Made by a program: the position numbers and the translations under genes. The notes below the pieces were generated by a model. It was not told the DNA's origin and searched no databases. It saw only the letters and a program-made list of their open reading frames with translations. A stretch of DNA of 12,083 nt. It comes from an uncultured archaeon (lineage in GTDB: Archaea > Altiarchaeota > Altiarchaeia > IMC4 > SCGC-AAA252-I15). Shown piece after piece: positions 1-8,330 of the stretch (positions are counted from its first letter, which is position 1; each line of letters begins with the position of its first letter). The stretch is taken from positions 1 through 12,083 of the forward strand of contig CAZPLO010000033.1 in NCBI GenBank assembly GCA_964587725.1, written 5' to 3'.

Positions 1-1071
1 CTGGTTAAACTGGCCAAAGCGTTGGTCGAAGAAGGATACGATGTCAACTACGTGTCATTCTACAGGACATCCCAGTTCAGAATCCCCGAAGAGGACATGA
101 GACTGTTCAAGAACTCGTTCACCCTCGCAGGGTCAAGGGGCTCTAATCTGAAGGACACGCTCATGTGCATCCTGAAGACCCCGCTGTTCCTGCTGTGGGC
201 CGCCCGCAGAAGGGGGGCGGTCATTGGAGTAAGCGAACCCAACTGGTTCGTAGCGCTCGTGTTCCTGGCGTTCAAGCCGTTCGCCTCTGCGCTCATATAC
301 TCCCCCTACGACATCACCTACCTCCGGTTCAAAGACTACCTGAGGAATCCGTTGAGGGAGCGCATTGCAGAAAGATTCAACTTCAGACTATGCGACGGCA
401 TAATGCACAAGGGTCCGGAAGACGAGCTGAAACTCCTCCCTGGTTGGGCGGACGGCAAACCAAGCCTCCAGTTCCTGCCGTATGCGAGGGACGACTTTAT
501 CGTCGAACCAGCTTCGAAGGGCGGCACAGAACTCGCGTACGTCGGCGGCGTACCGTTAACCAACCCGGAACTCAACGTCCTCGAAGTGTTCACGTCGCTC
601 GCGGACCAGGGGTTCACCATACACGTGTACGCGCTCACTCACCCGGAGCTGAAAGACGAGGAGAGCATTAAGTCGCTGGTAGACTCCGGCTCCCTGGTAC
701 TACACGAACCACTTTTCGGGAAGGCACTGGCGGAGGAGATAAGCAGGTTCGACTGGGGTCTGCTGCTGTTCTTCCACAGTTTCAAGGACATGAGGAGGGA
801 GTGGGTCGACACAGCATACAGCAACAAAATAGCCACATACCTGGAGGCCGGGCTACCAATAATAGTGAACTCGGAACTCGCGTTCCAGGCGCAGGTGATA
901 CGTGAGAACCGCCTGGGGTTGGTGGTTGACGGAGTGGAGGAAGTGGGGGATAAGGTTAGAAAAGCCGATTACGGGAAGATGCTGGAGGAACTGGCCGCAG
1001 GCAGACATAAATTAATGCTGTCCCATAATATAGACAGGTTGATGGACTTCATGGAGGGACTGTGCGGATGA
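1..1071 (+). CDS. Glycosyltransferase, GT-B fold (GT4-like), 5'-truncated by the window edge
   Basis: Frame 1 is open from base 1 (LVKLAKALVEEGYDV, resembling the 'LAKAL..GHEV' N-terminal GT4 segment), so the TTG at 22 is probably not the true start. The C-terminal half has 'LAYVGG' and 'SNKIATYLEAGLPIIV', matching the GT4-like donor-binding 'PNKxxEYxAxGLPVI' region. Confidence 0.75.
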   Translation: MVKLAKALVEEGYDVNYVSFYRTSQFRIPEEDMRLFKNSFTLAGSRGSNLKDTLMCILKTPLFLLWAARRRGAVIGVSEPNWFVALVFLAFKPFASALIYSPYDITYLRFKDYLRNPLRERIAERFNFRLCDGIMHKGPEDELKLLPGWADGKPSLQFLPYARDDFIVEPASKGGTELAYVGGVPLTNPELNVLEVFTSLADQGFTIHVYALTHPELKDEESIKSLVDSGSLVLHEPLFGKALAEEISRFDWGLLLFFHSFKDMRREWVDTAYSNKIATYLEAGLPIIVNSELAFQAQVIRENRLGLVVDGVEEVGDKVRKADYGKMLEELAAGRHKLMLSHNIDRLMDFMEGLCG

Positions 1072-2162
1072 ACCGGCTGAGCTTCGACAAAATATTCCAC
1101 CACCACGAGCACTTGAACCGGGTATTGAGCGAAGGCGACGCATACCCGCTGCACCTGGAGCTGGGGCTGAACAACTTCTGCAACCACGACTGCGAATTCT
1201 GCGCAGCCGCCCAGTCCAAGTTCGAGGTCGGCGGCGACCGCGTTGAAATCGACAAAAACCGGTTCCTCGAAATAGTTGGGGAGATGCAGTCCCTCGGCCT
1301 CAAATCCACAAACATAGTCGGCTCCGGTGAGCCGACCCTCCACCGACACTTTCCCGAGATAGTGTCGGGCATAAAAGAGAGGGGGGTTGAAATAGGTTTG
1401 TTCACCAACGGCAGCAACGCCCGCGGCCGCGTCGCCCAGGCCATAATAGACAACCTCACCTTCGTACGTTTCAGCGTCACCGGCGCATCCAACCGCGTTC
1501 ACGAAATGGCCCACGGAACCCGCGACTTCTACCGCATAATAGACAACCTCAGCAGCCTGGTGTCCATGCGAGGCGACAGCGTCTTCCCCACCATCGGCCT
1601 ACAGTTCATACTCATACACTACTCCGCCCCCGACCTCCCCAGGATAGTGGACATCGCCAGGGACGTGGGCGTAGACTACCTGGCGATAAAGCCGGTGATA
1701 GGTGTGGAAGGCACCCGCTCCAGCAAAAGCGAACTAACAATAGACGAGACGTTGAAGCTGCTGAAGGAGGTTAAGAGGATGGAGGGCGACGGCCTTGAAA
1801 TACATGTGAAGCCGGAGCAGACAAAAATCGTTTACGAAAACGACCCCGGCGACCGCGGCTACAGCCGCTGCCTAGGATGCCTCACCACCACCACATTAGA
1901 GGCTAACTTTAACCTGTACATATGCGACAACCGCAAGAAAGACCAGTTCCTCCTCGGAAACCTAAGGGACAAAGGTTTCCGGGAGGTGTGGGACAGCGAC
2001 CGCCGGAAAAAGGTTATGGCGGACGTGGACGTCGGCACATGCCCTGTGGCCTGCAGGATGGACCCCCTCAACCGCCTCTACCAGAAGATACTGGACGGGG
2101 AGGTGGAGATACCCTATAGCCTGCCGGACCCCCGTCCGGAAGACCACATAAACTTCCTATGA
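1068..2162 (+). CDS. Radical SAM protein with C-terminal SPASM/twitch-like auxiliary Fe-S domain
   Basis: CxxxCxxC motif CNHDCEFC (1179-1202), 'GSGEPTLH' (GGEP variant) and 'FTNG'. The C-terminal pattern is 'RCLGC...LYICD...LGNL...FREVW...CPVAC'. ATG at 1068 overlaps the upstream stop (ATGA) and is preferred over GTG at 1062. Confidence 0.9.
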   Translation: MNRLSFDKIFHHHEHLNRVLSEGDAYPLHLELGLNNFCNHDCEFCAAAQSKFEVGGDRVEIDKNRFLEIVGEMQSLGLKSTNIVGSGEPTLHRHFPEIVSGIKERGVEIGLFTNGSNARGRVAQAIIDNLTFVRFSVTGASNRVHEMAHGTRDFYRIIDNLSSLVSMRGDSVFPTIGLQFILIHYSAPDLPRIVDIARDVGVDYLAIKPVIGVEGTRSSKSELTIDETLKLLKEVKRMEGDGLEIHVKPEQTKIVYENDPGDRGYSRCLGCLTTTTLEANFNLYICDNRKKDQFLLGNLRDKGFREVWDSDRRKKVMADVDVGTCPVACRMDPLNRLYQKILDGEVEIPYSLPDPRPEDHINFL

Positions 2163-2178
2163 AAAAAAGGTGTGAACT

Positions 2179-3129
2179 ATGGCAGGGAAAAAGATAAACG
2201 TGTTAGTGGGTAGCATAGGCTCTACCGGTTCCATAAACATAGTTAAGACGCTGAAGAGCCAGAGGAAATACAGGGTGCGGGTGTACGGAATCGACTGTAT
2301 GGACAACGTGGCGGGCAAATATCTCTGCGACGGATTTCAGGAGGTGCCTCGGGGAGACCACCCCGACTACATATCAGCCGTCCTGGAATTGTGCGAAAAC
2401 AGGGGGATAGACATATTCATACCCATCTTCATGGAGGAACTCCTCTCCGTCTCAGATAACAGAAAGTTATTCGCCGGCAAAGGAATCATGGTTCCCATGT
2501 CTGAAAGGCGAGTGATAGATGTATGCAGGGATAAGTCAAAAACCAACGATTTTTTCAGAAAGCACGAAATACCCCACATACCATTCATAACAGCCGAAGA
2601 AGCAGCAGAAAGGTTTCCCGTGTTTGTTAAGCCGAGGACTGGAAGGGGTACTACAGACTGCTTCAAAGCCGAAAACGAGAAGGAACTCAAGTTCTACTTG
2701 GACAAGCTCAAGGACCCTGTGATACAGGAATACGTTTCCGGGGATGAATACAGCATAGACGCATTTAACGACTTGGAAGGTAGATTCATAGGGGCGGTTC
2801 CCAGGGAGAGACAAGAGATGAAGGGGGGCATAGCCGTTAAAACCCAGACCGTATACGATAAGGAATTAATAGAATACACGGAGAAGATAACCACTTCATT
2901 GGGTCTGGTAGGTGCCTCAAACATACAGTGCTTCAGGACGCCGGAGAAGGTGCTCTTCTTCGAGGTAAATCCCCGTTTTGGGGGTTCATACATACTGAGT
3001 ATCAAAGCGGGGTTAAACGCTCCACTCTTCCTCCTCGACATGTTCAAGGGGAATACTCCAGACTATGAAGGATTCCAGGACTCCCTCTACATGGTCCGGT
3101 ATTGGACAGAGGAATACGTTAAACTATGA
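2179..3129 (+). CDS. ATP-grasp domain protein (CarB-like/PylC-like stand-alone ligase family)
   Basis: 'CRDKSKT', 'FPVFVKPRTGRGT', 'IQEYVSGDEYSID', 'NIQCF' and 'FFEVNPRFGG' are ATP-grasp motifs. Preceded by AAAGGTG. Confidence 0.88.
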   Translation: MAGKKINVLVGSIGSTGSINIVKTLKSQRKYRVRVYGIDCMDNVAGKYLCDGFQEVPRGDHPDYISAVLELCENRGIDIFIPIFMEELLSVSDNRKLFAGKGIMVPMSERRVIDVCRDKSKTNDFFRKHEIPHIPFITAEEAAERFPVFVKPRTGRGTTDCFKAENEKELKFYLDKLKDPVIQEYVSGDEYSIDAFNDLEGRFIGAVPRERQEMKGGIAVKTQTVYDKELIEYTEKITTSLGLVGASNIQCFRTPEKVLFFEVNPRFGGSYILSIKAGLNAPLFLLDMFKGNTPDYEGFQDSLYMVRYWTEEYVKL

Positions 3130-3773
3130 CGAACATGTACATCGACTTGGACGGCACCTTGATTGATGTGCGAAAAAGATTTTATGAAACCTACAGTTGC
3201 ATCATGAGGGTGGAAAACCAGGAAACCCTGGGTTACACAGACTACCTTACTCTTAGACTGAATCATGTTCCTCTCAAGGAGATTCTGGAAAAAACCAGAA
3301 GCCAGGGAATCTATGGGGAGTTCATACGACAGAGAAACCAGTTATTCGAATCTATGGAAATGCTCGACTACGATAAGCTGATTCCAGGGGTCAAGGACAC
3401 CTTGGGGGAGCTCCGGAAGAAACACGTCCTCACTATGGTGACCAACAGAGACAAACAGGAAAACCTGTTTAAACAGCTGGAATGGTTCGGATTGAGGACA
3501 TACTTCGTTGAAATAATGGTGGGAAGCCAGTTCGGGGGGTGGGAGGCAAAGCAGAAACTAATATCGAGCAGTGGAGAACCCCCCATTTATTCCATGATTG
3601 TTGGAGATACTGAAGCTGACATAAAAGCGGGTAAAAACCTTGGAATCAAAACATGCGGGGTGCTGACGGGCATGCGGGCCAGGAAACTCTTAGTGGAGGA
3701 GGAACCCGACTACCTCATTAAGGACTTTAACAAAATATTTGATGTGCTTGAAACAGAAGACGGTGTTGGGTGA
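3126..3773 (+). CDS. HAD-superfamily hydrolase (phosphoglycolate-phosphatase-like, C1 cap)
   Basis: Motif I 'IDLDGTL', motif II 'MVTN', motif IV 'VGDTEADIKAG', C-terminal 'PDYLI'. ATGA overlap with the ATP-grasp gene. Confidence 0.9.
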   Translation: MTNMYIDLDGTLIDVRKRFYETYSCIMRVENQETLGYTDYLTLRLNHVPLKEILEKTRSQGIYGEFIRQRNQLFESMEMLDYDKLIPGVKDTLGELRKKHVLTMVTNRDKQENLFKQLEWFGLRTYFVEIMVGSQFGGWEAKQKLISSSGEPPIYSMIVGDTEADIKAGKNLGIKTCGVLTGMRARKLLVEEEPDYLIKDFNKIFDVLETEDGVG

Positions 3774-3813
3774 CCCGCTGTAAGTGTTTAAAGTAAATAA
3801 TTTAAGTGATACC
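3774..3813 (+). promoter_or_regulatory. Possible internal archaeal-type promoter (TATA-like TTTAAA at 3787-3792) upstream of the aminotransferase
   Basis: Largest internal intergenic gap (40 bp), AT-rich, with TTTAAA ending about 21 bp before the ATG at 3814 and GTGAT just before the start. No transcript data. Confidence 0.35.
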
Positions 3814-4908
3814 ATGGATGTGTCGTTCGTGAACTTGAAGGAGCAGCAGAAGAACATCAAGCAGGAGTTGTTGGATGCGGTCGCAGACGTACTGGATGAA
3901 TCATACTTCATCCTCGGCGAGGACGTGAAGGAATTCGAGAAACGGTTCGCCGGCTACTGCGGCACCGAATACGCGGTGGGCGTGAACTCCGGCACAGACG
4001 CCCTGACCCTGTCGCTGAAGGCCCTCGGAGTCGGTCCAGGGGATGAAGTTATCACAGTTTCCAACTCCTTCCTCGCCACGGCATCGTGCATCGCTGCTGT
4101 CGGAGCGAAGCCCGTGTTCGTAGACGTGCTGGAGGACATGAACATGAACCCCGAGTTGATAGGGGATGCGGTGACAGGCAATACGAAGGCGATAATACCA
4201 GTGCACCTCACCGGCAGGCCGGCGCGGATGGACGCCATAAAAGACGCTGCGGAAGACCATGGACTGTTCATCGTCGAGGACGCGGCGCAGGCGGTAGGCG
4301 CCGAATATAAGGGTGAAAGGGTGGGTTCGTTCGGAGTAGGATGCTTCAGCCTGCACCCCCTGAAGAATCTTAACGCGTGCGGCGACGCCGGCATCATAAC
4401 GACAGACGACGAGGAAATCTTCGCCAAACTCACGCAGCTCCGCAACATAGGGTTGAAGGACCGTAACCATGCGGACGTGTGGGGGTACAACAGCAGACTA
4501 GACACAGTCCAGGCGGCGATACTGAACGTTAAATTCAAATACCTAGACAAATGGACTGAAAAGAGACGGGAGAACGCAAGGTACTACTGCCAGCAGCTGG
4601 AGGATGTGGTAGACTACGTCCCCGCCGAAAAAGACGGGGAGAAATGCGTTTACCACACCTACGTCATCCAAACCGACAGAAGGGATGAGCTGCAGAAGCG
4701 CCTGGGCGAAAAAGGAATAGGCTCCAAGATACACTATCCCATACCAATTCACCTGCAGAAGGCAGCCGAATACCTGGGCTACGGGAAAGGCAGCCTGCCG
4801 GTGACCGAAGAACAATATAAGAAGATTCTGTCGCTGCCCATATACCCTGAGCTGACAGGCGAGCAGCTGGAGTACGTGGCAGCCGAAATAAAGACTTTTA
4901 TGACCTAA
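3814..4908 (+). CDS. DegT/DnrJ/EryC1/StrS family PLP-dependent sugar aminotransferase
   Basis: 'VNSGTDAL', 'GPGDEVIT', 'IIPVHLTG', 'IVEDAAQA', 'FSLHPLKNL' (catalytic Lys retained), 'GYNSRLD' and 'LSLPIYP'. ATG at 3814 (MDVSFVNL) fits the family N-terminus better than GTG at 3784. Confidence 0.95.
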   Translation: MDVSFVNLKEQQKNIKQELLDAVADVLDESYFILGEDVKEFEKRFAGYCGTEYAVGVNSGTDALTLSLKALGVGPGDEVITVSNSFLATASCIAAVGAKPVFVDVLEDMNMNPELIGDAVTGNTKAIIPVHLTGRPARMDAIKDAAEDHGLFIVEDAAQAVGAEYKGERVGSFGVGCFSLHPLKNLNACGDAGIITTDDEEIFAKLTQLRNIGLKDRNHADVWGYNSRLDTVQAAILNVKFKYLDKWTEKRRENARYYCQQLEDVVDYVPAEKDGEKCVYHTYVIQTDRRDELQKRLGEKGIGSKIHYPIPIHLQKAAEYLGYGKGSLPVTEEQYKKILSLPIYPELTGEQLEYVAAEIKTFMT

Positions 4909-4924
4909 CTCCATGTGAATTACT

Positions 4925-5914
4925 ATGAATGTCGCCGTCACAGGGGGTGCAGGGTTCATCGGCAGCCACATGGTCGACCGCTGCCTCGCGGAAGGCCACA
5001 ACGTCACCGTGGTAGACAACTACAGCACCGGCAGGCCGCAGAACCTCAGCCACCACGAAGGCAACGAAAACCTCACCCTCGCGGAGTCGGACATCAACGA
5101 CACCGATAAACTCACCGAAGCATTCGAGGGCGTGGACTGGATATTCCACTACGCCGCCTTAGGCGATATTGTGCCGTCGATTCAGAAGCCACGTGAATAC
5201 TTCCGCTCCAACGTAGACGGCACATTCAGCGTGCTGGAGGCGGCGCGGAAAAACAACACCCAAAAACTTGTGTATGCGGCGAGCAGCTCCTGCTACGGCA
5301 TACCCGACCAATACCCTACGAGAGAAGACGCTGAAATCCGCACAGAGTACCCTTATGCTCTAACAAAGTATCTGGCGGAGCAGATGATACTCCACTGGGG
5401 GAAAGTATACGGGCTGCCGGTGAACTCGCTGAGGATATTCAACGCCTACGGCCCCCGCAGCAGAACATCAGGCACATACGGTGCAGTGTTCGGGGTGTTC
5501 CTCGCGCAGAAGCTGGCGGGCAAACCCTTCACGGTCGTCGGAGACGGAAAACAGACCCGCGACTTCGTGTATGTGACGGATGTTGTCGACGCCTTCTATA
5601 AGGCGGCTGAAACGGACGTTTCAGGGGAGGTGATGAATGTGGGCGCAGGAAACCCGCAGAGCGTCAACCGCCTCGTCGAACTGCTGGAGGCGCCGGACGT
5701 AATACACATTCCGAAGAGGCCGGGTGAGCCGGACTGCACCCACGCGGACATAACCCGGATAAGGAAGCTGCTTGGTTGGAAGCCGAAGGTCGGCTTCGAA
5801 GACGGGGTGAAAGAAATGCTCGACAACATAGACTACTGGCGGAACGCCCCCGTATGGGACCCGGAGAAAATACGGGATGCCACGAAGGACTGGTTCAAAT
5901 ACCTTGGAAAATGA
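4925..5914 (+). CDS. NAD-dependent nucleotide-sugar epimerase/dehydratase (extended SDR)
   Basis: 'TGGAGFIGSH', 'AASSSCYG', YxxxK 'YALTK', 'RIFNAYGPR' and 'GDGKQTRDFVYV'. Confidence 0.93.
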   Translation: MNVAVTGGAGFIGSHMVDRCLAEGHNVTVVDNYSTGRPQNLSHHEGNENLTLAESDINDTDKLTEAFEGVDWIFHYAALGDIVPSIQKPREYFRSNVDGTFSVLEAARKNNTQKLVYAASSSCYGIPDQYPTREDAEIRTEYPYALTKYLAEQMILHWGKVYGLPVNSLRIFNAYGPRSRTSGTYGAVFGVFLAQKLAGKPFTVVGDGKQTRDFVYVTDVVDAFYKAAETDVSGEVMNVGAGNPQSVNRLVELLEAPDVIHIPKRPGEPDCTHADITRIRKLLGWKPKVGFEDGVKEMLDNIDYWRNAPVWDPEKIRDATKDWFKYLGK

Positions 5915-7443
5915 AAAACAATTATCTGTCGAAGATTAAGTCGAGGGAGGAGCTGAAGAAGATAATCGGGAGCCCGCCGCGGAAGAAGACCGTGGTAATG
6001 TGCCACGGCACATTCGACATCGTCCACCCAGGGCACCTACGCCACCTCATGTACGCGAGGGAGAAAGGCGACGTACTGATTGCCACCCTCACAGCCGACA
6101 GATTCATAGACAAGGGCATGGGCCGGCCGTTCGTGCCGGAGGATTTGCGCGCCAAAAACCTCGCAGCCATAGAGTTCATAGACTACGTCGTCATAGACTA
6201 CGAGAAGAAACCCCTCAAAAACATCAAGTACCTGAAGCCCGACATATTTTTGAAGGGGTTCGAGTACACGAAAGACGGGCTCCACCCCAACACCCAGGAG
6301 GAGGTGAAGGCCGTGTCATCTTACGGGGGGAAGGTTATGTTCAGCCCCGGCGACATCGTGTACTCGTCAACCCACCTCCTGTCCGTCCACAAGCCCAGGA
6401 TTTCCATAGACAAGCTGGTTGCTGTGATGGAGGCGGAGGGCGTCACCTTCGAGGACGTGCTCGAATACCTGCAGGGCCTGGACAAGCTGAAGGTCCACGT
6501 CATCGGAGACACCATAGTCGACAAGTACTCGTACTGCAGCGTCCTGGGGCCGTCCACGAAGACGCCCACGTTCTCGGTGAAATTGAACGAGTCTAAATCG
6601 TTCGTCGGTGGGGCAGGTGTCGTAGCCAAGCACCTGAAGAGCCTCGGCGCGGACGTAACATTCACCACCGTGTTGGGAGACGACGACATGGGAGCGTACG
6701 TCCAAGAAGACCTGAAGAAGTGGGGCATCAAAACCCATGCGATAGTCGACGACACCCGACCCACAACCGTTAAGGAACGATTCTGGGCGGACGGCTACAA
6801 GCTCCTGCAGGTCGATGTCGTAGACAACCGCATAGTGTCGGACGACGTCCTCAAGAAAATAGGGCAGTCGATTAAAAAACACAAGGCCGACATCGTGGTG
6901 TACAGCGACTTCCGCCACGGCATCTTCCAGGAGGAGACCATCAAATACCTGGACGGCAGGGTTCCCAAAAAGACGGTGAGGGTGGCTGACAGCCAGGTCA
7001 GCAACCGGTGGGGCAACATACTCGAGTTCAAGGGCGCGGACATCATATTCCCCAACGAAAAGGAGGCGCGGTTCGCGTTGGGCGATCAGGACACCGCCAT
7101 ACGCCCGCTGGCGGAGAAACTCTACAGGAAATCCAAGGCCAAGTACCTGGTACTGAAGCTGGGTGAAGCTGGGCTGATACTCTACCGTGAGCGGGGCTCC
7201 GACCCGCGGAACTTCATCGCATTGGAGAGCTTCGTCGAGGAACTGGTGGACGGCATAGGGGCCGGCGATGCGCTGCTGGCGGCGGCGACGCTTGTCTACC
7301 GGAAGACGGGGGACATCTTCACCGCCGCGTTGGCGGGGAACCTGGCCGCCGCAATAGCGTGTGAGACGGAAGGGAACGTCCCCGTCAGCGTGGACAAGAT
7401 ACGGGAGAAAATCGAAGCAATAAGGCGCAGGGAACTCTTATGA
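5911..7443 (+). CDS. Bifunctional nucleotidyltransferase (RfaE domain II/cytidylyltransferase-like) + PfkB sugar kinase (RfaE domain I-like); HldE-like with reversed domain order
   Basis: N-terminal 'HGTFDIVHPGH' (HxGH at 6025-6036) and 'KPDIFLKG'. C-terminal 'VIGDTIVDKY', 'GGAGVVA', 'RPTTVKERF', 'PNEKEA' and 'DGIGAGDA' (PfkB signature at about 7249-7272). ATG at 5911 overlaps the upstream TGA. Confidence 0.9.
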   Translation: MKNNYLSKIKSREELKKIIGSPPRKKTVVMCHGTFDIVHPGHLRHLMYAREKGDVLIATLTADRFIDKGMGRPFVPEDLRAKNLAAIEFIDYVVIDYEKKPLKNIKYLKPDIFLKGFEYTKDGLHPNTQEEVKAVSSYGGKVMFSPGDIVYSSTHLLSVHKPRISIDKLVAVMEAEGVTFEDVLEYLQGLDKLKVHVIGDTIVDKYSYCSVLGPSTKTPTFSVKLNESKSFVGGAGVVAKHLKSLGADVTFTTVLGDDDMGAYVQEDLKKWGIKTHAIVDDTRPTTVKERFWADGYKLLQVDVVDNRIVSDDVLKKIGQSIKKHKADIVVYSDFRHGIFQEETIKYLDGRVPKKTVRVADSQVSNRWGNILEFKGADIIFPNEKEARFALGDQDTAIRPLAEKLYRKSKAKYLVLKLGEAGLILYRERGSDPRNFIALESFVEELVDGIGAGDALLAAATLVYRKTGDIFTAALAGNLAAAIACETEGNVPVSVDKIREKIEAIRRRELL

Positions 7444-8330
7444 AATACGTCATCGTCGGGTTGGGCAACATCGGCAGAAAAAGAAAAGAGGTGCTGGGAA
7501 GCCGGTGCGTCGCAACAGCCGACCCCAACGCCGACGCAGACTACGGAGACTACCGTGAAATCTCCCTCGAAGAATTCGACGCCTCCATATTAGCTGTCCC
7601 CAACGATTTGAAGGCGGAGATGGCCGAATACTTCATGGCATCGGGGAAACACGTGCTGTGCGAGAAGCCCCTGATGATTGATGAAGACACGATGAAGAAG
7701 CTCTCCCGGCTCGCCAAAGAAAACCGCGTATCATGTTACACGTCATACAACCACCGGTTCGAACCTAATATGGTGGAGTTGAAGAAGCTCCTGGACGGGA
7801 TAGGGGAAATATACTTCGCAGACCTCACCTACGGCAACGGCACCGTTCGGAACCTCGCCGGCAGCTGGCGTGACGACGGCGCCGGAGTCGTGGAAGACCT
7901 GGGATGCCACCTCCTGGACCTCGCGGAATACCTGTTCGACAGAAGTGACGGCTACAGGATAACCGGACTGGGCAGCAGGGAGGCGAACGCGTACGACTGG
8001 TGCCGTTTCACAACCGAAGACGGCATGATAAATTTCCAGTGCTCGTTCCTGATGTGGAAGAACACGTTCACGGTGAACGTATATGGGGGCGAAGGCTCCC
8101 TCCACATTGACGGCCTAGACAAATGGGGCGGCTCCCGCCTCACACGCAGGAAACGGGTGTACCCCAGCGGCGTGCCAGAAGAGAAGATAACCGAAACCAT
8201 GGGGCCGGACAAGACGTGGGCCGCGGACATCCAATACTTCGAACAACTTGCGGTGGATGGAATGAATACGCTGGAGAAGGATTATAGAATCGCGTCAGCA
8301 ATCAACGGCATGTTGGGGTGTGTGGAATGA
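7440..8330 (+). CDS. Gfo/Idh/MocA family NAD(P)-dependent oxidoreductase
   Basis: 'IVGLGNIG', 'GKHVLCEKP', 'YNHRFEP' and 'GAGVVEDLGCHLLD'. ATGA overlap. Confidence 0.92.
   Translation: MKYVIVGLGNIGRKRKEVLGSRCVATADPNADADYGDYREISLEEFDASILAVPNDLKAEMAEYFMASGKHVLCEKPLMIDEDTMKKLSRLAKENRVSCYTSYNHRFEPNMVELKKLLDGIGEIYFADLTYGNGTVRNLAGSWRDDGAGVVEDLGCHLLDLAEYLFDRSDGYRITGLGSREANAYDWCRFTTEDGMINFQCSFLMWKNTFTVNVYGGEGSLHIDGLDKWGGSRLTRRKRVYPSGVPEEKITETMGPDKTWAADIQYFEQLAVDGMNTLEKDYRIASAINGMLGCVE

Noticed and set aside
2162-2168. Homopolymer runs (A7 here; G6 at 1381 and 2823) as phase-variation or frameshift sites
   Set aside because: The runs are short, and all reading frames are intact and full length.
1068-3129. 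Radical SAM-SPASM plus ATP-grasp as a RiPP (ranthipeptide/graspetide) system
   Set aside because: No precursor peptide, RRE/PqqD domain, peptidase or transporter is visible. The gaps are too small to hide a precursor and the context is sugar biosynthesis.
1068-3773. Pyrrolysine biosynthesis (PylB radical SAM + PylC ATP-grasp)
   Set aside because: The radical SAM has a SPASM/twitch-like tail rather than a BioB/PylB-like one. No pylD, pylS or pylT is present and no in-frame amber readthrough is evident.
4357-4371. His in the aminotransferase 'SLHPLK' motif as a sign of a ColD/E1-type dehydratase
   Set aside because: The Schiff-base Lys is still present. The His occupies the usual Tyr/Phe/His position three residues upstream.
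3901-4550. Antisense ORFs of 189 and 198 aa, and similar shadow ORFs at 969-1514, 6000-6918 and 11509-11967
   Set aside because: They lie wholly over well-supported + strand genes and have low-information Ser/Arg/Pro- or Val/Leu-rich translations.
5776-5910. 45-aa N-terminal extension of the HldE-like ORF given in the ORF track
   Set aside because: It overlaps the epimerase gene. The ATGA-coupled ATG at 5911 is the more plausible start.
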